Source of the DNA: Sporopachydermia quercuum
Taxonomy: Eukaryota
Assembly (NCBI GenBank): GCA_001599295.1
Contig: BCGN01000007.1
Coordinates: forward strand, 260,433-324,432
Reading direction: 5' to 3'
Length of the DNA stretch: 64,000 bases
The translations under genes and the position numbers were made by a program. The notes under the pieces were generated by a model. It saw only the letters and a list, made by a program, of their open reading frames with translations, had not been told where the DNA came from and did no database searches. The first letter of the stretch is position 1. Every line of letters starts with the position of its first letter. Positions 1 through 13,534 of the stretch are shown one piece after another.

Positions 1-1
1 T

Positions 2-418
2 GTCAGAATATCTGCTTCTGATAGTAAAGATGATGAGCCTAGTGCATGGAAAATTGAGGATTCACTGAAATTAGCAGATCTTCTTATTGAAAAAGGTATT
101 GATCTTATCGATGTATCTTCTGGTGGTATTGTATATAATCAGGATCGTTATAGAAAAGAGGATAACTATCAATTCAAGCTTGCAAAGCAAATTAAAGATC
201 ATGTTGGAGATAAAATATTAGTAACGAGTGTGAAAGACATTGATAGTGCCGCTAAGGCAACTGATATACTTGAGAAAGGAATCGATGCTGTTTTCGTTGG
301 CAAAGGATTTCTTAGAAACCCCGGTCTTGTATGGACATGGGCTGATGATTTGAATATTAGATTACATCAAATCCAGCAATATGAGTGGGGATTTTATCCG
401 AAGATTGAATCTATTTAG
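2..418 (+). CDS. 3' part of an old yellow enzyme / NADH:flavin oxidoreductase (YqjM-like); 5' end lies outside the window
   Basis: Frame open from base 2: VRISASD...W..EDS..LA..L...GIDLIDVSSGG...DAVFVGKGFLRNPGLVWTWADDL, typical C-terminal half of the OYE TIM barrel. TAG at 416-418. Confidence 0.88.
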   Translation, partial: VRISASDSKDDEPSAWKIEDSLKLADLLIEKGIDLIDVSSGGIVYNQDRYRKEDNYQFKLAKQIKDHVGDKILVTSVKDIDSAAKATDILEKGIDAVFVGKGFLRNPGLVWTWADDLNIRLHQIQQYEWGFYPKIESI

Positions 419-1923
419 AAGGATCACTCATATTTCATATTAGAGGTGTAAACATTCTTTGGTTGAGAGCTAATAGTTGTACTTTAGTTATGGTGATTGG
501 TTTTATGACAGTTGAGTTAGTGTCGATGGCTATTGCGTAGCAACTAGACTCCATAGGCTGTCATTGTTTTATTGATATTATTTTATAGATAGATAGATAA
601 AGATTATTCATGCTAATGTTTTTTCATATTATTTTAAACAGTACAACGTGTATATATATAAATCACTTAACTAGATTGTGATTTATTATTGGTGGCCACA
701 TTTACAAATAAATAGAAGTAGTATCTCCAACTGCTAAATCAATTTAAAGCAACAGACCACCAGAAAGAACCAACATTATCAATAAAATCAGGATCTCAAG
801 AAATATTCGAGTTTCTATTTTCCTTAGTTATCGGCGTCAGCAATTGAGTTTATAGCTTACTCACATTAGTCCTATACTACAAACCTTATTTGGCTGGCAA
901 TGACTTGTTGATCTTCAACAAGAACTATATGAACGAGCTAAATTCCCAGGTGAATATCTATTGAGTTCACCCCTTACTACGCTCTTCTCGACTAATAAGG
1001 AAGGTTTCCAATTATCTTCAAATAATTTCAAAGGATTTCATACGTGAATAATTATCTTTACTGTATCAAAGCAAGTACTTAATAAGCTTTAAGTTGCAAA
1101 CTCTCTTTTCTCATCGAAGGGACATGCGTATTCATGCATATATCTTCAAACCTTACTCAACCTATTCTTATCAATTACTTCCGATTACAGTGTATAAATA
1201 AAAGTCTTCACCGATGCAAGATAAATTATATGTATATGCATTATNGAAAAGCAATTCAGGCACTTCTGAAGCTTTTATATGGTCTACGGTATTGACGTAT
1301 CATCTACTCTTGAGAAGAATGTTGTATGATGAATTCAGTCCAGCATGAGCGAATGGGCGAACATCCTATGATTCACAGTGGAACAATGGAACAAGGAATT
1401 GAATCATTGAGATGTATTTCTTTCATTGGACTAACAGAATATACAGGAATAAGTATCAATTTCCGGACAATTTGGTATTTCTACACGTCGTGTAGTTCTA
1501 ATAAACAGTCAATCCAGCAAATAAAAAANTGACGCCCCAAACAACCATTTAAATAAGAATTGATCTACATACANTTCATTTTCAGATCATCATGAAAAGA
1601 AACCTCTATTAGCCTTTAAATTTTCTATAGATAAAATAAAACATATAATTTCATAACCAAAAATAAAAATCAANTAGATAAAACTACTAAAACAATTCAT
1701 CAAAAATCATAAATATGAAACATTTACGTTCATTATTCATTCATGTGGTGTAAGGAAAAGGCTATAAATTGAATAGAAAATAGGGAACTAGAGAACGTGA
1801 TTCGTTCTTATTATTTGAATCAATGCTTTCATTACCATTATCTTAAGCTTGGTAATATTCTACGCTTAACAAATCATACCATTTCTTATATCCTTTCCTC
1901 ATTCTTCTTCCGTTTTTCCTTTC

Positions 1924-4900
1924 TTAAATAGTATTCTCAAGTACACTTCTCTCTTTAAAGCAACTTTCAACTAGTAAATACTCATCTTTCTCTTTCTTCC
2001 CTTTCTCGCTTTCCTCTTTCTTTTCTTTCCATTGACTCAGCAGTTTTTCAACCTTAGAGAAAACAGGCTTCGGATAACTCATTCCTTTCATTATCTCAAC
2101 TATTCTTGCTGCACTCTTAACATCGTTCCAATAAACATAGCATCTAACCATTGATTCAAAAGTAGAAGGTTCAATCAACTTTTTACTGAGAATGTAGTCA
2201 AATAGCATTTCGCTCTTAGTTATATCCTTTAATGCCCAACCACGAATAAGAACATTAGCCATATAAGCATCTAGCTCGATATCATATCTGGCCATTTCTC
2301 TCATAATCCAACTTGTTTTCTTTAGTTCCTTATGGACAACACAGCATTCAAGTAATGTTTGGAATATAATTGGATCAGGTCTTATTATGACATTTGTTTT
2401 CCAAGCATCATTGATATGATTAGAATTGGAGGATGCATCATAACTCACAGTAGTATCTATATCTACAATATCTTCAATTTCTTCATTTAATTCAACATTA
2501 CCAACTTCAACTTCAATATTCAGAGCTTTCGACCGAATTGGAGTATCATAGCCAGTAATTAGCTTATAGAACTCAATAGCAGCATCAAGGTTGTTCAATA
2601 AGATTCCTCTGGCATAAATCAATGTAGCATAATGTCTACCATTAGGAGCGANTTTATTCTCAGTCATAGTAACTAATACTTTATCAGCTTCAACCAAATC
2701 TGTAGGTTCAATAACTGTATGCATATCGATTAATAGCTTATAAGTATAATGAGATGGTTCAATGCCTTTAGCAATTAGCCTCTCGTACAATTTCCTGGCT
2801 CTCTTCTTATCGTTCTTGTTATGAATATAGTACTTCAACATAATGTTGTAAGGAGCAATCTTCACAACATAATTGCTAGCATTTTCCATATCACTGAAAA
2901 GTTGTTCAGCTTTTGATCCCATATTGGCTCTAACTGCTGCTGATATCATAGTACCATAAGTAACGCTTGATTTCTTGATGTTTTTGGACTCCATTTCATC
3001 AAATAAAGCAAAAGCATCACGAATCTTCCGTGCTTTTGATAATTTGGCAAGCACTGCGTTATAGATAAACGTATTCAGCACAACATTATGTTCCTTAGCT
3101 TCCTGAAACCATCTCATAGCCTCAGTCACATCATCATGACCACCGAGTCTTGATGGGGATGATCCAACTATCAAGTGGCCATATCCATCAGCACAAGGAG
3201 TGGTTCTAAGATGTCTTAGTTCACAATATGCTTGTAAAGCCATNGAATAGTCTAAATTGCTGACAGACTTAATGACACTTCGGTGGATATTCGTCCATGC
3301 TGTATACGCAATATGGTTGGTTGTAGCACTGGGGAAAGCTTTATTGGCCTCAAGCAGAACAATTTTAATAGGATCAATAGCATGCTCATTACCGGCTGCT
3401 TCAATCAATGCACAGTATGCTTTATACGATAACGGGATATTCTCACTGATAGCATCTTCAAATCTTCGGAAAGCAAGACCAATCTTTCTGGGTGTTCTAG
3501 CAAGAAGGACAATATCATTTGAACGAATAGTGTCGTAAGTCATAGTAACTGAAGGTGTATAAGGAATATCTCTTAATGGGGGCTCCTCTGGAACAGCTTT
3601 TGAAATAGCAGAAATCACAGTACCCTCTGTGCTGGTTGACTTTCCTGGAGACATACTTAAAGAAGGCGAAGAAGCTTCTGTCAATAACAGAGGGGAAGCA
3701 TTTCCTGCTGAAGAAACTGTAGCTACTGGTGNCAGAGCTACTGGNGCTTTCTCATTGGTTGCTGTACTAGCTTTAGTTTCACAAGGATTGCAGTTCAATC
3801 TGGATTCAATTTCGTTGGCATAGCTAAACTGATCCCAATCATCAGCTACAATGCTCAGACCATTAGAAATATCAGTAATAAAGGAATCGCTTGCTTTCAT
3901 CCCACTGTTTGTGAAATCTTCAACAAATGCGTTAAATCCTTCTTTAAAACAGAGATATTGCTCTTTGGTGATGCCTTCCTGTCTGGTGAACAGCACCTCG
4001 TTAATGAACAGTAAATACCAGGAAATTACCTGAGAAATAATAAACGGCGACTTGTTGACAGCAGAAAGATAGCTAGAGGTCTTATTTGCCCGTTCTTCAG
4101 CTAAACGGTTTAAAAGTAACAGTATTGGTTGGAAATTAGTATTGGTACAACAGCAAGAAGCACTGAACAAAGACGAGCTGCATAGCTTTGCTGCTGTTTC
4201 GAAGTTCAGTAAGGACTTAGTTGATAACGACTTGGTGATCAGAAATAGAGCCTCTGACGACAACCCAGGGGAAGAGTACTTACTGACTGAGTTCTCGCTT
4301 CTAATACACTCTAACCAATCCAAAACCATAGTAATATTCATTAAATCCTCTGTAAGCAGATAATCAACGACCTCAACAAGCATTAAATCATCAAACTCAA
4401 CCTTTCGGATCATTGACTCTTTGACTAATTGCAGAACTTCATTGGTGTCGCCATGCTTTAATGCTAAGGCCAGATAGTCCATTCTAGCTGTTTGAATAGC
4501 AGAAACGCTGGTTAGATCGTTTCTAGCAGCAAAAAAGTTATAAATACGTTTAACGAAGCCAAAAGGGGAATCTGAATAACAGGCTTTAGAAACAAGCTTC
4601 CCAATGGTTGCTGGTAGAATAACTGAACCCTTCGATTCGTCGAGCTTTAAAATGCGGTTCCACGCTGTTTTCAGATCATTTGATTTGATTAAAGCAGCAA
4701 TCAGACTATCATATAGAAGGGTAAAGTCCTTAGCCATACTATTACTGATATTCGTAGTACTACTGCTATTACTATAACTATTATTACTGTCAGTACCCTG
4801 CTCTTTCAGTTTAGCTTTTTCTAGGAAATCAAATGCTTCGGTGTATTTTCCTGATAACACCAAAGCCTCAATCAAACAACAAGACATGTCCACTCTCAGG

Positions 4901-6597
4901 CCAGTAAGAGCTTCATTCTTACTGCTTCCTTCAACCATTTCCTTATATCGGCGGAAAATCTCAATTGCTGATTCCAATTGGTTGGAATTGGTGAAAATCC
5001 TCATTAAATATAAATAAAAGTGACCGGTTTGCTTCAGTTCTTTGTTGAGAATGTCGTTGGTTTCGATATATCTAACTAGTCTCAAGATACTTGTACTATC
5101 GGGTGAATTAAACACGGAGTAGCCTTTTAGCAGTTGTAGTATTAAATCAGCTGGATACTCCCGCTTCTTTCCTCCAGTTAATGAAGCAAAGAACAGTTTT
5201 GTAGACAACGTGAAATAGTCAGATGCTTCGTCTATATGATTTGAAGCCTCCGATATAGAAGCAGGTAATGCAGAATTAGGATGTAGTTGCTGGAACCGTT
5301 GTAAAGTGTTTCCATAGCAAACGGTTGTTTCCTTAGTTGAATGTAATGTGAGAGCAGCCTGTAGTAAGCCGGATAGGATTGTTTGATAGGTTTCAGTATT
5401 GGAAGAGACTTTATTATTAAGCATATGTTGATAAGAAGTTAGTAGGGATTCTACCTTTTCGCTGGTGCTTGAGTAGTAACCTTTAGAATGGATGATTGAT
5501 TTCAGCACAGCGTTATATGTTGATAGTTGTATTTTGGTTGCGTGAGAAGGAAAGGAAATAAGATGGGAATAATGATTGAGAACAGTGTTATAATCCGAGT
5601 GAGTAAAAGCTTCAGCTATAACAAATTCAGTAGTGTTTAACTGAGACGATAAGGATGTCACTGATGACGATGTGCTTGTGGCGGTGTCACCCGTTTCAGA
5701 AGTAGTCGAGAGTGCATTAGATGCCTTGATGATACCTTCTGTTTCAACAGTTGGCTCCGATACCTTTGCTGCTCTATTGCTCTCACTTCTCAAATCATCA
5801 ACGGTATCCTTTGTTATATTCAGAACTTTGCCATTGTCAAAAGCCATGACCTCGGGACCATTCTGATATGTTGTATTGAGAATCTGGTGAGAGTCGTTAG
5901 AGTTTCTCCTTAACACCTCCTCGGGTATCTGTGAATCTAAGGTGTGCTGTTGCTGCTGTTGATGTTCCTGAAGTTCAGAGTAATCTCTAATGTGTATATT
6001 CTTTCGACCCTGTTCATTATGCCATTCTATCTCCCGTTGTCTATCTTGTTGTGAGTTCTTCTGTATTTTCTTCTCAGTGTCTCTTTCATGAGAATTCGTT
6101 TCAGGATTACCTTCAGTAGTCTGATAAGCTGAACTACTATACCTTCTTCTATTAACTCGTTTGTTATCAACACTATGAGGTATGTTATCTAGAAAAGCAC
6201 CCTCTTTTGAAGCAATTAAATCTATAGCTTGACGAGCTCCAACCGCAACACTGAAAGAGCTTCTGCCTCTTTTACGAGATCCAATAGCAACTTCGGCTCC
6301 GTCTATGGCGATATCAGTATCATCATCATCATACTCAGATAACTGTGGATACTGAGCATCAGATCCATAAATTGAAGGACCAGAGAAATAATAAGCACGG
6401 TAATGAGGATCGCTATTTTTTTCATTAGAATAATTATTTCCGCTTGGGTTATAAAAATCTTTCGGTATTACTTTATTATGTTTCGAGTAAAGAAAAGGAT
6501 TTGATGGGTTGAAGAAAGACGGTTGAGACTGTATAGATGAAGCAATGAAGAGATTCTTTGCTACAGCAGCATGTCTTGATAAGGACTTGAACATCAT
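1924..6597 (-). CDS. Large mitochondrial pentatricopeptide-repeat (PPR) protein, 1557 aa (Ppr5/Rpm2-like class)
   Basis: Tandem 35-aa PPR motifs (FIYNAVLAKLSKARKIRDAFALFDEMESKNIKKS; VTYGTMISAAVRAN; APYNIMLKYY; YTYKLLIDMH). Basic, Ser-rich N-terminus resembles a mitochondrial presequence. Confidence 0.85.
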   Translation of the reverse strand: MMFKSLSRHAAVAKNLFIASSIQSQPSFFNPSNPFLYSKHNKVIPKDFYNPSGNNYSNEKNSDPHYRAYYFSGPSIYGSDAQYPQLSEYDDDDTDIAIDGAEVAIGSRKRGRSSFSVAVGARQAIDLIASKEGAFLDNIPHSVDNKRVNRRRYSSSAYQTTEGNPETNSHERDTEKKIQKNSQQDRQREIEWHNEQGRKNIHIRDYSELQEHQQQQQHTLDSQIPEEVLRRNSNDSHQILNTTYQNGPEVMAFDNGKVLNITKDTVDDLRSESNRAAKVSEPTVETEGIIKASNALSTTSETGDTATSTSSSVTSLSSQLNTTEFVIAEAFTHSDYNTVLNHYSHLISFPSHATKIQLSTYNAVLKSIIHSKGYYSSTSEKVESLLTSYQHMLNNKVSSNTETYQTILSGLLQAALTLHSTKETTVCYGNTLQRFQQLHPNSALPASISEASNHIDEASDYFTLSTKLFFASLTGGKKREYPADLILQLLKGYSVFNSPDSTSILRLVRYIETNDILNKELKQTGHFYLYLMRIFTNSNQLESAIEIFRRYKEMVEGSSKNEALTGLRVDMSCCLIEALVLSGKYTEAFDFLEKAKLKEQGTDSNNSYSNSSSTTNISNSMAKDFTLLYDSLIAALIKSNDLKTAWNRILKLDESKGSVILPATIGKLVSKACYSDSPFGFVKRIYNFFAARNDLTSVSAIQTARMDYLALALKHGDTNEVLQLVKESMIRKVEFDDLMLVEVVDYLLTEDLMNITMVLDWLECIRSENSVSKYSSPGLSSEALFLITKSLSTKSLLNFETAAKLCSSSLFSASCCCTNTNFQPILLLLNRLAEERANKTSSYLSAVNKSPFIISQVISWYLLFINEVLFTRQEGITKEQYLCFKEGFNAFVEDFTNSGMKASDSFITDISNGLSIVADDWDQFSYANEIESRLNCNPCETKASTATNEKXPVALXPVATVSSAGNASPLLLTEASSPSLSMSPGKSTSTEGTVISAISKAVPEEPPLRDIPYTPSVTMTYDTIRSNDIVLLARTPRKIGLAFRRFEDAISENIPLSYKAYCALIEAAGNEHAIDPIKIVLLEANKAFPSATTNHIAYTAWTNIHRSVIKSVSNLDYXMALQAYCELRHLRTTPCADGYGHLIVGSSPSRLGGHDDVTEAMRWFQEAKEHNVVLNTFIYNAVLAKLSKARKIRDAFALFDEMESKNIKKSSVTYGTMISAAVRANMGSKAEQLFSDMENASNYVVKIAPYNIMLKYYIHNKNDKKRARKLYERLIAKGIEPSHYTYKLLIDMHTVIEPTDLVEADKVLVTMTENKXAPNGRHYATLIYARGILLNNLDAAIEFYKLITGYDTPIRSKALNIEVEVGNVELNEEIEDIVDIDTTVSYDASSNSNHINDAWKTNVIIRPDPIIFQTLLECCVVHKELKKTSWIMREMARYDIELDAYMANVLIRGWALKDITKSEMLFDYILSKKLIEPSTFESMVRCYVYWNDVKSAARIVEIMKGMSYPKPVFSKVEKLLSQWKEKKEESEKGKKEKDEYLLVESCFKERSVLENTI

Positions 6598-9500
6598 TTT
6601 GCTGCTTTTTGGTTTAAATGAGTGTAGTTATTTCAATCATTAGGATTAATGATGATCTGTTCATTCACTAGTGAAAGTGACGACGGTAATAGAAATAATA
6701 TTAGTTATTGTGTTGATGATGTTACAATGAGTAAATCTACTGAGCACCAGTGGTAATACTGCAATAGATAGATAGGTATGCAGAACAATAGGTGAGTTAT
6801 TGTCTGCTGAAAATAAGAATCAACAACACATTGAAAAATGAATATTCAATCGGAAATATGCAATTCCTAATAAATAAACGGAGCAAATCTATACTGTTAA
6901 TAAGAGAAGAAGTTAATGATATCTGTGAAGATGAATGAAACTTTTCATAGAGAAAGGATACGGACATGCCGAATAAAACAGAACAAACAGCAATGTCACA
7001 TATGTCATAGAGGACGAAACTGGATATAAAATTTAGATTGGAGTCAAAAGTACTGAAATTAGTATTAAGGTTTGAGGGAAATAAACGGTGGAAATTAGGA
7101 TAAGGTTAAAGCTGCGTTAACTGTGCAGAGTGCTACTATCAGGTTGAGAAGGAAGAATGGAAAGAAAGGGAATAATTTTACGAATAGAAATGGGCTAAGT
7201 TTTTAAATGCGTTGAAAATGAGATATATTCCATATGCTGAAGGCTTTGGCTTATGTGAAAGAATTGAATCGGAAAAGGGGTAAACTTAGGACAGACATTT
7301 CATTTCGGCTTTCACTAACGACTTGCTTCCGAAATAAACCCAATGCATGGAATATGTAGATGGTTGGTAAGCTTTTGAACGAATAGCAGGTGGAAGGAAA
7401 TATTCGGAAAGTGGAACTTAATATTNCAGAAGTTTAACTTAGGACATTTTGCAATGGAGACTTGATGTTGGTGCATTGAATAGTCTGCCTTTCATCTAGA
7501 GAATAGAATAGCAGTGAAATGAATAGACGGGTTACCAACAATCAAAGAAAAAAGAGTTAATCTAGCAAAATATTGTGATGGTAATCTATCATAGCGTTTA
7601 ATGTTGAATTATTTGCGTCGGACATTAGATATTGGAATGTTAGAATGTAGTATGTAGCCTTCAAGTAATGTGAGTATAGATGAGTAAGGTCAAATGTCAT
7701 TATAGGTCCACCAAGTAGTGAAACATTGGATTAGCTAGGAGATATATTTTTTATTGAAAACGATAATAAAATAACTAAATTTCAAAAGAAAAGCGATCCC
7801 AATTCCCGAGTTTCCATTCTTTAATTTTCATTTATANTATTTCAACTTTCATGTTTGGATGAAGAAGTAAATGTCAGAAAATGTCAGGGCAATTCATTTA
7901 ATGCTAGTTAAACTTTGTTTTAAAGTTTGGTTAAGCTCCGGTGCCACCGCCACAATTCTGATATTATTGTCACTTGTTCCTTGCAAGCACACATNTCACC
8001 ATCAATTTTGTAGTGCGAGATTTCGGATTATATTTTACTTGATTTGCACACTTCATTTACCGATTGTTATTTATACTTATATATGACTATTTCAATAGNC
8101 TTCAAAGCATTTATTGTCTTCTAATCAATATTGAGGGCACGATGGCAGGCGGCTATATTCAAAGATTATCGGTGGCTGTTATTGTTCCAATCTAAGAGTT
8201 AAACATTCATCAGTCTATTGTCCCCAAGTAGCCACCAACNCTTCCTTTTTTGTCTTAGGGCCTGAACTAAAATTCAAATAGCAGCGCCACAAACGAAAAC
8301 ATTTCGGACTCTAAAAACACATGTTACGCATTATTCAACGCGAAAGTTAACCTTATTAAGCTTCGCCAAAGAAATGAAATTTGCCCTATGTTATTGAACT
8401 TTTCACTTCTGCTCGTTCTTACCACTAATGTAAGCCAATCAAAGAAAAGGCAATACTGTTCTTTATATTCATGTTTTAGAGCAACGACTTAATGGGAACA
8501 ACCATTGGACTGACATTTAAAATTCTTTGTTTGACATGCTGAGATAGGATTTAAAGGTTTCAATAGAATTTGAAGTATCTTGAAGTAGTAGAATGATACG
8601 CGAAGTAAATCTGGTTGACAGCAAATGTCTGATGGGTCTTCATTATGAATGAAGCGATTCTTGATGGTTAAGCAACGCAGATGAGCAGACTGCTGTTGAN
8701 ACTTATATTGATGAGAAGCTTTCTTCTAAAACTTTTACTATTGGGACGGTTACTTTTTTTTGTTTACCAATTTTAATAATCTACTTGTACCTCTTTACTG
8801 AGAATAGAATGCATATTATCCACGTTGAATTCCTCCAATAACCTAATACGTTGGACCATATATCGTTCACTGCTCTCTTAAAATGACTATGTAGTTTACC
8901 ATTGATATATAATAATCAGACAAATATACATACTATCGATCAGTATAAACGCTAGAGAGTACTTTATTTACTCAATAAGCCTTGACTTGTCTTCGACTTA
9001 ATAATCAACAACAGGCCAAGTGAGAATAGAGAATATGATCTTCAATTGAGAAATATCGTTATCATATGCCAATGAATTTTCATTTATTGTAGTGTCAACA
9101 TTATCAAATCATGATAACAAGAGAGTCAATGCTAAATTATGAATCAATCGTAATAAGCGTATTACTCATGCTTCATACTGAATATACGTATATTTATTTA
9201 ATAGTTCACTGATTCGACTAATAATTGCCAATTATATTCTTATTCATTTCTGTTCTATGGGTAAAAAGGTATCCATCATCAACTATCTGTATTGATATAG
9301 TTTGATGAATATAATAAGTCATGTAACTTTATCAACTTTTGGTCAATAATTACGAGCTGAATAAACATTCATCCTACAGGAGATATCCCAAGAACGTTTG
9401 AAAGATCTTTCTCAAACTATTTCTCTATTATATTATTGTATTAATTATATTATTATTATTAGTATTAGTTTAACTGTTTCAGTAAGATGAATCAACTGAT

Positions 9501-9693
9501 TACTATTTAGTTTTAGTAGCATTAAAAAGAGTTCATCAGCATTTAATATTTCTAAACTTTGATAGATAAATAAATAAAAGAATAGAAAAAGAATAATATA
9601 GATAAACAGAAGATTACTCCCCTATTTTTATTATTTTATTATTAACCAAAATAAACATAATAGATCATTCAATGAAGATAATGAATCCAACGC

Positions 9694-11303
9694 TTACTCT
9701 TTGATAGCATATGATCTTTGGTACATATCATTCACTTCAACTAAATAATAAGTACCAGATTTAAGATCAGCAATAGGTCCAGAAGGCTTAACACCTTTCT
9801 TCAAATGAAGCTTTTCTCTTAAAGCCAAAGATGCTTCGTACTCACTTGGTGTTTTGGTAATTCTGTTGTCAAGTTTTGATTGAATATCCAAAACTTCAAC
9901 AATTTTACTGATATCACCTTTAACGACAGCTGAAAAGAATGAAGCAGCTAAACCTGAACCATAAGAGAAGAAACCAATTCTCTTCCCTTTCAACTTTTCA
10001 GCACCAACATAATATAAACAAGAAGCTAAACCAGAATAAACTGAAGCACTGTACATATTACCACAATTTGTTGGAACAATGATTGAAGGTGCAAGTCTTT
10101 GCTTTGCTAAATCTTTGGCAGCAGTGACAAAAGCCTTTTCAACACCTCTGTCGGTTAAAGTTTTTTCATAATCTAAAGTGGCATATTCTTCTGGGATATC
10201 ACNTTCAACAATACTAGGATCAGCACGATAATCATTAAACAGAAGTCTGGCATATGACTTGCTCACTAACTTACAGGTAGGAGCATGGAAAACGTTATAA
10301 TCGAATCTCTTGAGGCCCTTCTCAGTAGTATCCAAACCAAGCTTTTCGGCTTTCTTGTTGTAGTTATTATAAGCTTTATCTAAAGCTTGAGTGTAACAAG
10401 TCAATGAGTAATGACCGTCAACATATGGGTATTCAGAAGTAAAATCAGGCTTATAGAAATCATAAACGTGCTCCATATGACTACCCCTGGCATTGTCGAA
10501 GACGATGGGAGCATCAGGTCCAATCAACATTGCAACAGTACCAGCACCACCAGTTGGTCTTGCACTACCTTTATCATAAATAGCAATATCACCAGCAACA
10601 ACAATTGCATCTCTTCCATCCCAGGCAGACGATTCAACCCAGTTGATAGCATTGAAAACTGCATTAGTACCACCATAACAAGCGTTAATGGTATCAACAC
10701 CTTCAACATCAGTGTTATCTCCAAACAATTGCATCAAGACGGACTTAACAGACTTTGATTTATCTAACAAAGTTTCAGTGCCAACTTCTAATCTGCCAAT
10801 GCTAGAAGGATCAATGTCATATTTTGTTAATAAGGACTTTAACACTGTCAAAGACATTGAGTAAATATCTTCAGTATCATCGACAAATCCCATATTGGTT
10901 TGGCCCAAACCAATGGTGTATTTACCCTTTGGGATTCCATCAAATTCTTCGAGGTCAGATTGGTTGACACACTAAAGATATAGTTAGAATGGGCTCAGAT
11001 TATTAGCATCGATCGAGTGCAAAATATGTGAGAGTTGATTTAATATTGGATAACTGATGGTTTACATGCTGTTTATCTATTGCGCAAGAAATATAGTAAT
11101 AATAACAACCAAATCAATCAGTTTCTTTCTCAACAACAAGATCCCAACATCGCACTATCCACACCTTGTGTCGATCATGTCCAACTACCTCCCAACACTA
11201 TCCACCATTTCAATTGGGTCAATAGACAGCAAATACTTACTTTTGAAGGAATATAAATATCAAAAGCTTTGATACCAACGTTTTGAGGTCTTGAAACAGT
11301 CAT
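9694..11303 (-). CDS. ERG13: HMG-CoA synthase, about 446 aa; exons 11241-11303 and 9694-10971, intron 10972-11240
   Basis: Spliced [33 protein letters not shown]...GKYTIGLGQ. Motifs [16 protein letters not shown] and GNMYSAS. Intron GTAAGT...TTCTAAC...TAG, phase 0. Confidence 0.97.
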
Positions 11304-12513
11304 TGTGATTATTTATCAATATGTCTTCTCTTGGTTATGTTATTTCTATTCCTGTTATNTTAGTATTCATTCACAACGCGACTCACTAAGAAATCGCCAG
11401 TTCCCGAGCGCCCAAACTATGCAATCTTGACCATGTAATAAAAAATAATAAGTAAAATTGTTATATCAAATACCAAATCTCAGCTATTGGTTTCATTTTC
11501 AATTAACCAATTCACCAATAACTACTTACTTCAGCTCTGTTCACCAATTGGTTACACTCCCTATGTTTCGTTTCCTTTGTTGAATTGAACGACNCAAAAA
11601 CAATCCTTTCAATATACTCTGGTTGAATGCTTCTAGAACAAATCCAACACAGTTGTTCTAATATAATTATAACAAATATATATATTAAACCTATCCCCAG
11701 TTTATATATAAATCAAATCACCTATCGAAATTATAAAATAATAAACAATGTAAAGAAGAGCCAGAGCAAACCTTAGACACAAAACCAGATTGTAGTGTAA
11801 TTTTTCGTCGAGTTGAGTTTCACTCAAATAATTCAAAACACGACACGCAATCACTGTTAGGTTGGAAAGCTGCAAGTAAGCAATCTAAAGTAGATTTTTC
11901 ACTATCGGATCCGATTTGGAAAATAAATTTTGTTTGGTTTATTTAAAATTATTCTACATCGATTACGCGATATGCCAATTTTGGGTTAACTTCCTTCATT
12001 GTTCTTTTGCATGGATGGAGATGAAGATTTTGAGAGCGTGCAAGTATGCGAGGGTAGGAAAAGAGGCTTAGAATACTGGGAAAACGGTTAAAAATTATAC
12101 TAGGAATTTGCAGAGAAAAATGGATAAATTATGAAAGGAGGTTGTGGCTATATTGAGTATTTAATGGATAGTATTTGGGGCCAAAAATAAAAGAATTGGC
12201 CTGAAGGATTGAAGAATTAGTAAAGGTAATTGACAGTTGACTCTGCTGAAGGGTAAAGGATGAAACACTTAAAGTTTTGTTGGAGTTCGAGTTTGACAAG
12301 TATATTTCCCAGAAAGGAAGTAGACCAGGAGGGGAGAATAATAAGGTTTCAGTTTAGTGAAGTAAGAATGAGTTAAGAGGTAAGAACCTAAGCCAAGGTA
12401 CAATTGTAGAGAGTTGGAGCTTAAAATTTAGTTTCTTTTAAAGTTGGAAACATTACATGTATACAATAAGTCGTTACCAATGCGGTAACAAACTAAAACT
12501 AGGTTGTTGAGTA

Positions 12514-12553
12514 GCATGAAAGTGCATGAAATATGCATGAAAGCGCATGATAT
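12514..12553. repeat. Four tandem GCATGA(AA) units with a 10-11 bp period
   Basis: gcatgaaagt gcatgaaatat gcatgaaagc gcatgatat. Confidence 0.7.
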
Positions 12554-13460
12554 TTTCTTCATAACGTTGATTATTGGAAATGAATGTTGCAGAAGCATTG
12601 TTATATAGATTAGAAAAAGATTATCATTTCTGTTACTGACTTGATTACAGAAAGAGTAAGAAAAGAATGATAAAAAAAGATTTGCATGTTGACGCACCAG
12701 AGTTGTAGGATAGGAGATTTTAGATTTGATGGAAACTTATGTTAGGTTAAATTAGGTTTGAAATGAGTTCACATCTGGTTTTTCCTCAGTACTACTGTCT
12801 CTTTGGCTGGTGATATTAATATTAGTGAGATTGATAACAGTTCACTTCTTCTGGAAAAGGGTACTGTTTTGATGATCCATAAGAATAACATCCTCGCGGT
12901 AAATATAGAAAGATTTGAAGGCATTGGGTTTTGTTAGAAGAGATCAAGAAGCAGTGAATAATAGATAACATTATTTAATTTGGCATCCCTTTTTGAGTGT
13001 ACTGTTTTGGAATTAATATTGAAATTTTAATCAGACTTGTTGGGGATCTTCCTTGTAGGGAGTAACTGCATGAAAATTGAACATCATCGCCTTTATTTGA
13101 AATGATACGGTAAGAAATAGCTACCACTATAAGCCTCTTTGAAAGGAAAGGAAATAATTCACCTGCTAACATTTCCCAAAGTATGGGGCGCAGTTAAGAA
13201 CCATGTCAATGGCCACTATCTTGGAAGCATAGCCATCTGAGGAACGTAGAAATTTTCATACAGATCCAATTAACAGTCAAAATCAGGATCTGGAAGGTCT
13301 ATAATTGGCATCTCATGGGGGCTTTATAACTTATTCTGAGAGCTCGTATGATATATTTTGATATATAACCTCTTCTTAATCCTTTGTACTTCGATTTAAA
13401 TTGAACAAGCAACTTCCGAATCAGTCAGATCATGCAATATTGCTTTTTGAGTGACAACAA

Positions 13461-13534
13461 GGTCTCTTGGCCCAGTTGGTTAAGGCACCGTGCTAATAAC
13501 GCGGGGATCAGNGGTTCGATCCCGCTAGAGACCA
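13461..13534 (+). tRNA. tRNA-Ile, anticodon AAT, intronless
   Basis: GGTCTCTTGGCCCAGTTGGTTAAGGCACCGTGCT-AAT-AACGCGGGGATCAGnGGTTCGATCCCGCTAGAGACCA. Acceptor stem GGTCTCT/AGAGACC, A and B boxes, and a T-run Pol III terminator at 13538-13542. Confidence 0.98.

Noticed and set aside
2370..2555. About 50-aa insertion within a PPR motif, containing GTGAGT, as a possible retained intron
   Set aside because: The frame is open and the branch-like site is too far from an AG compared with the confirmed introns; more likely a loop insertion.
11800..13450. Possible LTR or retroelement remnant next to the tRNA gene
   Set aside because: No TG...CA-bounded repeat, target-site duplication or gag/pol similarity is visible.
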